Source: Pseudomonadota bacterium
GTDB taxonomy: Bacteria > Bdellovibrionota_B > Oligoflexia > Oligoflexales > CAIYRB01
NCBI GenBank assembly: GCA_031416315.1
Contig: JANOTL010000113.1
Coordinates: 1-13,824 of the forward strand
DNA length: 13,824 nucleotides
Direction of reading: 5' to 3'
Part shown: positions 6,690-13,824 of the stretch, piece by piece
Position numbering within the stretch: the stretch's first letter is position 1
Layout of the letters: each line of letters opens with the position of its first letter
Notes under the pieces: generated by a model
The model's input: the letters and a program-made list of their open reading frames with translations, nothing else
Told to the model about the DNA's origin: nothing
Database searches by the model: none
Position numbers and translations under genes: made by a program

Positions 6690-7496
6690 ATGTGTTACAG
6701 CGCCCTTGTGGCACAACAGCGACAAGATCTGGAGAAAGACGGCTTCGAGGCCATCTGGCAGACGGAGGCTTTCGATAGTTACGCCAAGGCCGTCGCGCAA
6801 GATCCGAAGCGCTTCCCGCCGCTGGCGCCGCGCATCTTCCCGGGGCATTACGCCGCGGTGACCTTCGCGGCCGAGGGCGATGGTCGGATCGAGCCGATGC
6901 GCTACTCCGCCTATCCGCCGTCCCACATTCCGCATCCCGAGCGGTACACGACCTTCAATGCTCGGCGCGACAACCTCGGCAGCGCGTTTTGGGCGCAGGG
7001 CTTTCGCCAGCATCACGGCTTTGTCGTTCTGCAAGGCTTTTACGAATGGGTGGCCGTCAAAGACCTGCTCGCAGCCGGCGTCGTCGAGCTCGCCGCGGTC
7101 AAGGCGGAGTTCGAGCGTCAGGCGCTCGAGCGCAAGACGCGGATCTTGGCCCAGGGCAAGAAGTGGAAGCCAACGCCGACCGAGCAGAAAGACCCGCGCT
7201 TTCGCCGGATCGTCATCGAGTTCAAGCCCGCGCCGGGCGGGAACCTGCTAGTCCCGGTAATTTTCACGGAGGGCGTGCTCGAGGACGGAACGGTCGACCT
7301 CGGTTTCGCCATCGTCACCGACGACCCGCCGCCGGAGGTCGCCGCGGCGGGGCACGACCGCTGTCCCGTCGTGCTCGATCAGGCTGGAATCGCGGCCTGG
7401 CTCGCGCCTGCGGGCAAGAGCGCCGAGGAGCTCGACGCGATCCTCGGGCGGCAGGCGCGGCCGAGCTTTGAGCATACGTTGGCGATTGCGGCCTGA
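6690..7496 (+). CDS. SOS response-associated peptidase (SRAP; YedK/HMCES family) abasic-site processing protein
   Basis: Start moved to ATG 6690 to give M-C-Y-S-A (catalytic Cys2); RIFPG, TFNARRDNL, GFYEW (Glu), FAIVTDDP, GHDRCP (His). Confidence 0.9.
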   Translation: MCYSALVAQQRQDLEKDGFEAIWQTEAFDSYAKAVAQDPKRFPPLAPRIFPGHYAAVTFAAEGDGRIEPMRYSAYPPSHIPHPERYTTFNARRDNLGSAFWAQGFRQHHGFVVLQGFYEWVAVKDLLAAGVVELAAVKAEFERQALERKTRILAQGKKWKPTPTEQKDPRFRRIVIEFKPAPGGNLLVPVIFTEGVLEDGTVDLGFAIVTDDPPPEVAAAGHDRCPVVLDQAGIAAWLAPAGKSAEELDAILGRQARPSFEHTLAIAA

Positions 7497-7507
7497 GCCT
7501 CCGGCGC

Positions 7508-8749
7508 TCAAGCAGTCGAGGCGTCCTCGACGAAGTCGAGATCCCGGCCGAAGGATTCCTTAAGGCGCCAGAGCGCGATCAACGACACGACGACGCAGCC
7601 GATGCCGATGTAAAGCGCGCTGGAGACGAGCCCGTGCGAGCCCTTCATCTGTTGGAAGAGCATGGTGACGAGGACGACCGAGCCGCGCACGAAGTTCGGC
7701 GCCGTCGTCGTGACGGTGGCGCGTAGATTCGTGCCGAACTGCTCCGCGGCGATGGTGACGAAAAGCGCCCAGTAGCCGACGGCGCAGCCGAGGGCGAAGC
7801 TCAGGAAGTAGTAATAATCCGGGCTCCGACCGCGCGAGAAGAGGAAGAGGACGATCAGGCCGAGCGTCGCCAGGATCGAGCCGAAGACGACGATCCGCCG
7901 GCTTTTCAGCTTCTGGCTCAAGACGCCCGAGCCGATGTCGCCGACGACGAGACCCATGTAGCAGAAGAGAATGCCGCTGCCCGCCGAGACCGGCCCGGTG
8001 GCGCCGAGCTCCTTCGCGATCTCCGGCGAGAAGGTGACGAGGATGCCGATCACGAACCAGATCGGGATGCCGATCAGAATGCAGCTCAAATACTTGCTCA
8101 GGCGCTTTCTCGAGGTGAGGAGCATCAGGAAGTCGCCGCGCTTCACCGAGGCATGCGTCTTCATCGTCGCGAACATGCCGGATTCCAGCATGCGCACCCT
8201 CAAGACCAAAAGCATGAGCCCCATCACGCCGCCGACGACGTAGGCCGTCTGCCAACTGAACTTCTGCCCGACCACGGCCGCGAGCATGGCGCCGGAGACG
8301 CCAAAGCCGGCGACGAAACTCGTGGCGTAGCCGCGGGTCTCCTTCGGTAGGGACTCGCTGACGAGCGTGACCGCGGCGCCGAGCTCGCCGGCGAGGCCGA
8401 TGCCCGCGATGAGCCGTAGGATCGCGTACGTTTGGGTGTCGGTGACGAAAGCGTTGGCGATGTTCGCGAGGGAGTACATGACGATCGAGCCGAAGAGGAC
8501 CGAGACGCGCCCGCGCTTGTCCCCCAGGATGCCCCACAATAGGCCGCCGATCAGCATGCCCGTCATTTGCATGTTGATCAGATAGATGCCGACTTCGAGG
8601 AGCTGGTCCTCCGGCACGCCGAGGCTCTTCAAGCTCGCCACGCGCACGATGCTAAAGAGCACGAGGTCGTAGATGTCGACGAAATAGCCGAGCGCCGAGA
8701 CGATGACCGTCGTGTTGAGGAGCGTGGCGCGGATCGAGGTGGCGTTCAC
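7508..8749 (-). CDS. MFS transporter
   Basis: 413 aa, about 12 TM; GYFVDIYD, motif A GILGDKRGR, RLIAGIGLAGE, AEQFGTNLRAT; GTG start in a GTGA overlap with GGAG SD. Confidence 0.93.
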   Translation of the reverse strand: MNATSIRATLLNTTVIVSALGYFVDIYDLVLFSIVRVASLKSLGVPEDQLLEVGIYLINMQMTGMLIGGLLWGILGDKRGRVSVLFGSIVMYSLANIANAFVTDTQTYAILRLIAGIGLAGELGAAVTLVSESLPKETRGYATSFVAGFGVSGAMLAAVVGQKFSWQTAYVVGGVMGLMLLVLRVRMLESGMFATMKTHASVKRGDFLMLLTSRKRLSKYLSCILIGIPIWFVIGILVTFSPEIAKELGATGPVSAGSGILFCYMGLVVGDIGSGVLSQKLKSRRIVVFGSILATLGLIVLFLFSRGRSPDYYYFLSFALGCAVGYWALFVTIAAEQFGTNLRATVTTTAPNFVRGSVVLVTMLFQQMKGSHGLVSSALYIGIGCVVVSLIALWRLKESFGRDLDFVEDASTA

Positions 8750-9309
8750 TGACCGACTCCCAAGAGAATCCCGATGCCGAATGCCGCGAACAGCAAGGCC
8801 GCCGCGCGCCGCACCCAGGCCATCGGGATCCGCCGGGTGAGGCGCTCGCCAAGGAAGACCGCGAGGCCGTCGGCGAGGAGCATTCCTAGCGTCGTTCCGG
8901 CCGTGACCGCAAGGAAATCGGTGTAGCGCGCGCCGAGGCCGACCGTCGCGAGCTGCGTCTTATCGCCCATCTCGGCGAAGAAGAAGCTGACCACAGTGGT
9001 CAAGAAGGCGCCGCGGCCGGGCTTTTCGCCGGAATCCTCGTCCGCCTTGTCGGGGACGAGGATCCAGACGGCGAAGCCGAGGAAGACCGCGCCGAGGACG
9101 TAGCGGCCCGAGCCCGAGGGGAGGAAGGCGATCGCCTTGGCGCCGACCAACGCCGCCAGCCCGTGATTCGCCAGGGTGGCGACCAGGATCCCCGCCATGA
9201 TCGTCCACGGCTTCTTGAAGCGCGTCGCGAGCATTAGGGCGAGGAGCTGCGTCTTGTCGCCCATCTCGCTGAACGCGACCAGGAAGAACGACTCGACCAG
9301 GGCGTTCAG
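8746..9309 (-). CDS. TMEM165/GDT1 (UPF0016) family Mn2+/Ca2+ transporter
   Basis: Two EMGDKTQL motifs; family-like sequence begins at CTG 9309, overlapping the kup stop codon. Confidence 0.9.
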   Translation of the reverse strand: MNALVESFFLVAFSEMGDKTQLLALMLATRFKKPWTIMAGILVATLANHGLAALVGAKAIAFLPSGSGRYVLGAVFLGFAVWILVPDKADEDSGEKPGRGAFLTTVVSFFFAEMGDKTQLATVGLGARYTDFLAVTAGTTLGMLLADGLAVFLGERLTRRIPMAWVRRAAALLFAAFGIGILLGVGQ

Positions 9310-11243
9310 AGGCTGACCTGCATGCCGAGCTCGACGACGCGGTTCGGCGGAATGCCGTAGTAAGCGGTCGCGGAGAGCGAGTTGCGCACCAGGAAGGAGA
9401 AGAGCACCTTGCGCCAACGCGCCATGCGGTCGGGGCCGTTGATCAGGAGGATGTCACGGCCCAGGTAGTAGGTCGTGCGGTTCTCGTCGTAATTGATGCC
9501 GGCTTGAACGCGGCAAAGGCGCAGGATCTTGTCGACCTTCGGCGTCTGCATGAAGCCGAAGTGCGCGATCACCTCGTAAAAGCCGCAGCCGAGGTTGGTC
9601 ACTTCGAGCACGTCCTTCATCGGCATGACCGGCACGTCCTCCGTCATGATCGACAGGAGCAGGACCTGCGTGTGCAGCACTTGGTTGTGCGTGTAGTGGT
9701 GCTGCAGGGCCGGCGGCGTGATGCGCGGGTTCGAGGTCATGAAGATGCCCGTCCCCTCGATCCTGTGCGGCCGCTGCTTGGCGATGATCTTGACGAAGTC
9801 CTCGATCGGGAAGAACTGCTTTTGCAGCTTGCGGACCAGGGCGGCGCGGCCGCGCTTCCAGGTCGCCATGATGGCGAAGACGACGGCGGAGATTGCCAGC
9901 GGGAACCAGCCGCCGTGTTCGATTTTCGGCGCGTTCGCGAACAGGAAGGGTAGGTCGACGGCGAGAAAGCCGATCAGGAGCAGCGAGGCGCGCCACGGTT
10001 TCCAACCCCAGCGCGTCACGGCGACGCGATAGATGAGGAACGAGGTGATGGTCATCGTGCCCATCACCGAGATGCCATAGGCGCCCGCCAGCGCCGTCGA
10101 GGTCTTGAAGAGGAGGACTGAGGCGATGCACGAGATCATCAACATCGTGTTGATCTCTGGGATGTAGATCTGCCCCCTATAGTCGCCTGACGTATGAACG
10201 ACCGTAAGGCGGGGGCAAAAGCCGAGCTGGACCGCCTGCTGCGCGACCGAGAACGAGCCGGAGATCAACGCCTGCGACGCGATGATCGTCGCGAGCGTCG
10301 CGATGCCGACGACCGGATAGATCGCCCAGTCCGGCGCCAACGAGAAAAATGGATTGGCCGCGACCGAGGCGCCGCCACCGATGATCGCGGCGCCTTGACC
10401 GAAGTAGTTGAGGATCAACGCGGGATAAACGACGGGAAACCAAGCCCATTTGATGGCGCGTCTGCCGAAGTGGCCCATGTCGGCATAAAGGGCTTCGGCC
10501 CCGGTCACGCACAGGACGACGGCGCCCAGCACGAAGAAGCCGTGGAAGCCGTGCGTCAGGAGCAGCTTGATGCCGCGGAAGGGGTTGAGCGCGGCAAAAA
10601 TGCCTGGATGCGCGACGAGCTGCGGGACCGCTAAAACGATGAGGAGCAGAAACCACACGAGCATGATCGGCGCAAACAAGATGGAGATGCGGGCCGTGCC
10701 GCGTTTTTGGATCGCGAAAACGGCGATGAGAATCGAGATGGTGATCGGCAGAACGTAGGGCTTGAACCGGCTCGTAGCCGTGGCCAAGCCTTCGACGGCG
10801 GACAAGACGGAGATCGCCGGCGTGATCGTGCCGTCGGCGCCGAGGAGGCCGGTGCCCACGAGCGCAAGCATCGTCGTCATCAACGCGACGCCCTTCGGCG
10901 ACTGACCGAACGGCAGCCTCGGCACGGCCAACGCGAGGAGCGCGAGGATGCCGCCTTCCCCTTTGTTGTCGGCGCGCATGACGAAGATCAAGTACTTCAC
11001 GACGACGATGAGGAAAATCGACCAGAAAAAGAGCGAGCAGATGCCGATCACGTTGTCGATGGTCGGGGACAACCCGAACTCGGGGTTGAAGCACTCCTTG
11101 ATCGCGTAGAGCGGGGAAGTCCCGATGTCTCCGTAGACGACGCCGAGCGTCGCGAACGCGAGCGGGAGGAGCTTGCCGACCGGACTGGCGCCTTCGCGGT
11201 CGACCGGGACGCCGGACTGGTTCAATTTCGTGTCGCTGCTCAT
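9306..11243 (-). CDS. kup: KUP/HAK/KT potassium uptake transporter
   Basis: GVVYGDIGTSPLY, ADNKGEGG, ITPAISVLSAVEGL, TGAEALYADMGHFG, LNYFGQGA, GQIYIP, FGFMQTP, RVVELG; start ATG 11243 in an ATGA overlap with the upstream permease. Confidence 0.96.
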   Translation of the reverse strand: MSSDTKLNQSGVPVDREGASPVGKLLPLAFATLGVVYGDIGTSPLYAIKECFNPEFGLSPTIDNVIGICSLFFWSIFLIVVVKYLIFVMRADNKGEGGILALLALAVPRLPFGQSPKGVALMTTMLALVGTGLLGADGTITPAISVLSAVEGLATATSRFKPYVLPITISILIAVFAIQKRGTARISILFAPIMLVWFLLLIVLAVPQLVAHPGIFAALNPFRGIKLLLTHGFHGFFVLGAVVLCVTGAEALYADMGHFGRRAIKWAWFPVVYPALILNYFGQGAAIIGGGASVAANPFFSLAPDWAIYPVVGIATLATIIASQALISGSFSVAQQAVQLGFCPRLTVVHTSGDYRGQIYIPEINTMLMISCIASVLLFKTSTALAGAYGISVMGTMTITSFLIYRVAVTRWGWKPWRASLLLIGFLAVDLPFLFANAPKIEHGGWFPLAISAVVFAIMATWKRGRAALVRKLQKQFFPIEDFVKIIAKQRPHRIEGTGIFMTSNPRITPPALQHHYTHNQVLHTQVLLLSIMTEDVPVMPMKDVLEVTNLGCGFYEVIAHFGFMQTPKVDKILRLCRVQAGINYDENRTTYYLGRDILLINGPDRMARWRKVLFSFLVRNSLSATAYYGIPPNRVVELGMQVSL

Positions 11244-12565
11244 ACGTGCCTGAGCGCATCGGCGATGACGAGGCGGCTCGCCTTGCGCGCGCAAAACCAG
11301 GCCGTCCCGGTCGCCAGGACGGATAGCACGAGCGCGCTGATGAGCCAGGCCATCGGCGCCGGCGCCACGCGCAGCTCGATCGGCGTCGAAAGGACGCCGG
11401 CTTTGTAGGTGAAGTGGAGCTTCGAGATCAGAAAGGAGATTCCGAGCGCCGCGATGAAGCCGACCGCGCAGGCGAGGGCGCTCAGGAAAAAGCCCTCCGC
11501 CGCGAAGACGAAGGTGAGCTCGCGCCGGAGGAAGCCCAAGCTCCGCAAGGTGCCGATCTCGCGCGTGCGCTCGGCCACCGCTTTCATCATCGTATTCGCC
11601 ACCGACATCACTCCGATCGTCACGACGATCACCATGAATAGGTTGCGGAACACCGAGAGCAGCTGCATCCCGCCTTTGACGTAAGCGGCGAGCTTATGGT
11701 CCTCCCAGAAGGTCGTGTCGAGCGCGAGGCCTTCCCTGGCGGCGAAAGCCTGGAAACGAGCCATGAAGGCCTGGGTTTGGCCCGGGTCCTTCAGCGTCAC
11801 GGCGATGCGCGTCACCTTGTCCGTATCCATGAGGCGCTGCATGTCGGCGAGCGCCATGCTCAGCGCGCGCTTGTCGGCCTCGCGAAAGGCGGCGTCGATC
11901 ATGCCAGAGAGCGGCAGGTCGATGGCGTTGACCTGCGCATTTTCCGTCGTCGCCGAGATGGTGAGGCGCGGCTGTGCGCAGGTGAAGGGGCGGTCGACGG
12001 GGACGTAGTTGCCGGCGGGCAGCACGAACTTCTCGGTTTGCGGGACGGCCTCACAGTTCAAGAGGCGCCCCATGCTGCGGCCGATGACGGCCGACGGGAT
12101 CTTCACTTCGTGCAAGGGTTTGCCCGCGACGGTGTTCCAGGCCCAAAGGTCGCCGCGCACCTGTAGGCCTTCCATCACGTCGTAGCCGTGGCCGACGAAG
12201 ACGGCGCTGGTATTGCCGGAATAGACGATGCCGCGCCCTTCGAGGAAACGCACGCGCTGGACGAAGTCGGGGTCCTGCTTCAAAAAGAGGTCGATCTGCG
12301 CCTGCTGCTTGGCGTCGAGCGAATATTTCCAGGGATCCTCGTCCTCGTAAAGCTGGGCGTCCTTCGCCTCGATGACGACCTGCCCGAGCATGCCGCGCTT
12401 GCTGTAGCCGTCGGTGTTGAGGTTGTCGAGCTCGCGCAGGAAGCCGTCGAACAAGGACACCGCCGTGAAGCCCGAGGCGATCGCGAGGATGGTCGCGATG
12501 CTGTGGCGCCAGTTGCGCATCACGTTCCGTCGCGCCATGCCGATCATTTTCGCCGCGGCTTCCAT
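11240..12565 (-). CDS. ABC transporter permease, FtsX/MacB/LolE-like
   Basis: ARRNVMRNWRHS N-terminus, TM1, large periplasmic domain, NTMMKAVAERTREIGTLRSLGF and three C-terminal TMs; start could be TTG 12574 or ATG 12565. Confidence 0.9.
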   Translation of the reverse strand: MEAAAKMIGMARRNVMRNWRHSIATILAIASGFTAVSLFDGFLRELDNLNTDGYSKRGMLGQVVIEAKDAQLYEDEDPWKYSLDAKQQAQIDLFLKQDPDFVQRVRFLEGRGIVYSGNTSAVFVGHGYDVMEGLQVRGDLWAWNTVAGKPLHEVKIPSAVIGRSMGRLLNCEAVPQTEKFVLPAGNYVPVDRPFTCAQPRLTISATTENAQVNAIDLPLSGMIDAAFREADKRALSMALADMQRLMDTDKVTRIAVTLKDPGQTQAFMARFQAFAAREGLALDTTFWEDHKLAAYVKGGMQLLSVFRNLFMVIVVTIGVMSVANTMMKAVAERTREIGTLRSLGFLRRELTFVFAAEGFFLSALACAVGFIAALGISFLISKLHFTYKAGVLSTPIELRVAPAPMAWLISALVLSVLATGTAWFCARKASRLVIADALRHV

Positions 12566-12578
12566 CGTGTGCAACCGC

Positions 12579-13334
12579 TCAGCGTACGAGGTTGTTGACG
12601 TTGAACAGGCTTTCCGCGTGCTTTTCCATCTTCGGCGACGTGTAGACGATGGTCGTCGTCAGGGCCGCGTTCAGCGCGTCGGTGATCGTCATCTTGCTGA
12701 CGAACGGGAACTCCTTGCCGCCGGCGCTCATCTTGTTGCCGTATTCGAAGCTCGCGCGCTTGAAGACCTCGCCACTCACGGTGAGAAACTCGGCCTTGAC
12801 GCCGAGCTTCTTGTCCTTGGAGATCCAGTAGCGAATGCCGTCGTACGTGACGTTCTTCGCCTTGGCCTTCAGCTCCAGCTTCCAGGTGTCGTCCACGCCG
12901 ACCTTCTCGGAGCCGGAGACCTTGCCGTCGTAGTCGCGGAAATAGTTGGTCGAGGCGATGTCGCCGTTCGCCGCCTGGCCCATGAGCTTCTGGCGCGCGG
13001 AGATGGCGACCGGCTTTTTCAGGCCCGGCTTGAAGAACCACAGATTGCGGTCGTTGAAGAGCATCATCTCGCCCTTGTTCTTGGCGGGCGCGGTGGCCTC
13101 GGCCAAGGCGTCGACGCCGCGCACCTTGACGCCGTAGCTGACGTCGGCCTCTTTGCCTTCCTCCACCGTCTTCACCGCGATGTCCCAGGTGATGCCTTCC
13201 TCGGCGGCGCCACGCGCGCGGTCGGCATCCTTCAGAAGCTCCTCGGCGGTCGGGTCCGCCGCGAGGGCCAGGGAGGCCGAGGCCAAGGGGGCGAGAGAAA
13301 GGCCCGCGGCGAGCATTAAGAACTTCAGCTTCAT
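12579..13334 (-). CDS. Outer membrane lipoprotein-sorting (LolA-like) periplasmic protein
   Basis: Signal peptide ending ALA; LKDADRAR, KGEMMLF..NLWFFKP..PVAISARQKLMG..NGDI, LELKAK..VTYD.I.YWI; SD AAGGAG; lies between two FtsX-like permeases. Confidence 0.87.
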   Translation of the reverse strand: MKLKFLMLAAGLSLAPLASASLALAADPTAEELLKDADRARGAAEEGITWDIAVKTVEEGKEADVSYGVKVRGVDALAEATAPAKNKGEMMLFNDRNLWFFKPGLKKPVAISARQKLMGQAANGDIASTNYFRDYDGKVSGSEKVGVDDTWKLELKAKAKNVTYDGIRYWISKDKKLGVKAEFLTVSGEVFKRASFEYGNKMSAGGKEFPFVSKMTITDALNAALTTTIVYTSPKMEKHAESLFNVNNLVR

Positions 13335-13349
13335 GGTCTCATCTCCTTG

Positions 13350-13824
13350 CTAACGATGGCTGCCCATGAGGAGCACGGTGATTTTCTGACGGACGACCGA
13401 GCGCACCGCGATCAGGACGGCGGCGCCGGCCAAGACGAAGATCAGGATGGCGGAGCCGAAGATGACGAAGGCGCTGGGATGCAATTCGAGGCGCATGCCG
13501 CCGGCGATCCCCGGCGGCGTGAAACGGATGTTCGCCAGGTTGAGGCCGCCGATGCCGACGGCGCCGATGATGCCGCCCGCGATCACGGAGATGAAGGCGA
13601 GCGCGAGCATCTCGCGGATGAAGAGGCCCTTCACCGAGCCCTGCGTGAAGCCGACCGAGCGCAGCATGCCGATTTCCTGCCCGCGCTCGATGATGGTCAT
13701 CGTCGCCGAGTTGAAGATCGAGAAGATGACGACGGTCGACAGGACGAAGCAGATGAAGCCGATCATCACCCCGAGGAACTGCATCGTGCCGGTGTAGAAG
13801 GGGCCGATGCGCTCGTCGTTCCAA
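13350..13824 (-). CDS. ABC transporter permease, FtsX/MacB/LolE-like (C-terminal part; 5' end beyond window)
   Basis: Frame open to the window edge (WNDERIGPFYTGTMQFL...); NSATMTIIERGQEIGMLRSVGF, TPPG motif, C-terminal TMs. Confidence 0.9.
   Translation of the reverse strand, partial: WNDERIGPFYTGTMQFLGVMIGFICFVLSTVVIFSIFNSATMTIIERGQEIGMLRSVGFTQGSVKGLFIREMLALAFISVIAGGIIGAVGIGGLNLANIRFTPPGIAGGMRLELHPSAFVIFGSAILIFVLAGAAVLIAVRSVVRQKITVLLMGSHR

Noticed and set aside
9310..9417. ORF-track N-terminal extension of the GDT1 gene (likewise kup 11244-11294 and SRAP 6678-6689)
   Set aside because: Extensions overlap upstream genes and are unlike the families; coupled or motif-defined starts fit better
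7560..13319. Long alternative-frame and antisense ORFs (e.g. 7560-8537, 9454-10131, 10177-11259, 12414-13319)
   Set aside because: Arg/Pro/His-rich or antisense shadows expected from high GC3 codon bias over well-supported genes

Overview
GC-rich bacterial window, plausibly a deltaproteobacterium or Bdellovibrionota-like organism (inference from gene families only). (1) 15-366 looks like the right junction (att site) of an element integrated in tRNA-Asn(GTT): three GGGACA direct repeats, then only the 3' half of the tRNA (149-195), then four consecutive hairpins. (2) 381-4093 is a visibly AT-richer minus-strand cassette with a DPM1-like GT2 glycosyltransferase and two unrelated GT-C-like polytopic membrane proteins, a candidate lipid-linked surface or protein glycosylation system. 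(3) 4208-4678 holds a 5'-truncated RomA/NAPE-PLD-like metallo-hydrolase remnant and a small acidic protein. (4) 4758-7496 is a plus-strand cluster: alpha/beta hydrolase, CBS protein, HPF/RaiA-cold-shock fusion and a SRAP (YedK/HMCES) protein. (5) 7508-13824 is a tightly coupled minus-strand run: partial ABC permease, LolA-like protein, ABC permease, kup, GDT1/TMEM165 (probable CTG start) and an MFS transporter. All family calls come from motif recognition; no searches were run.
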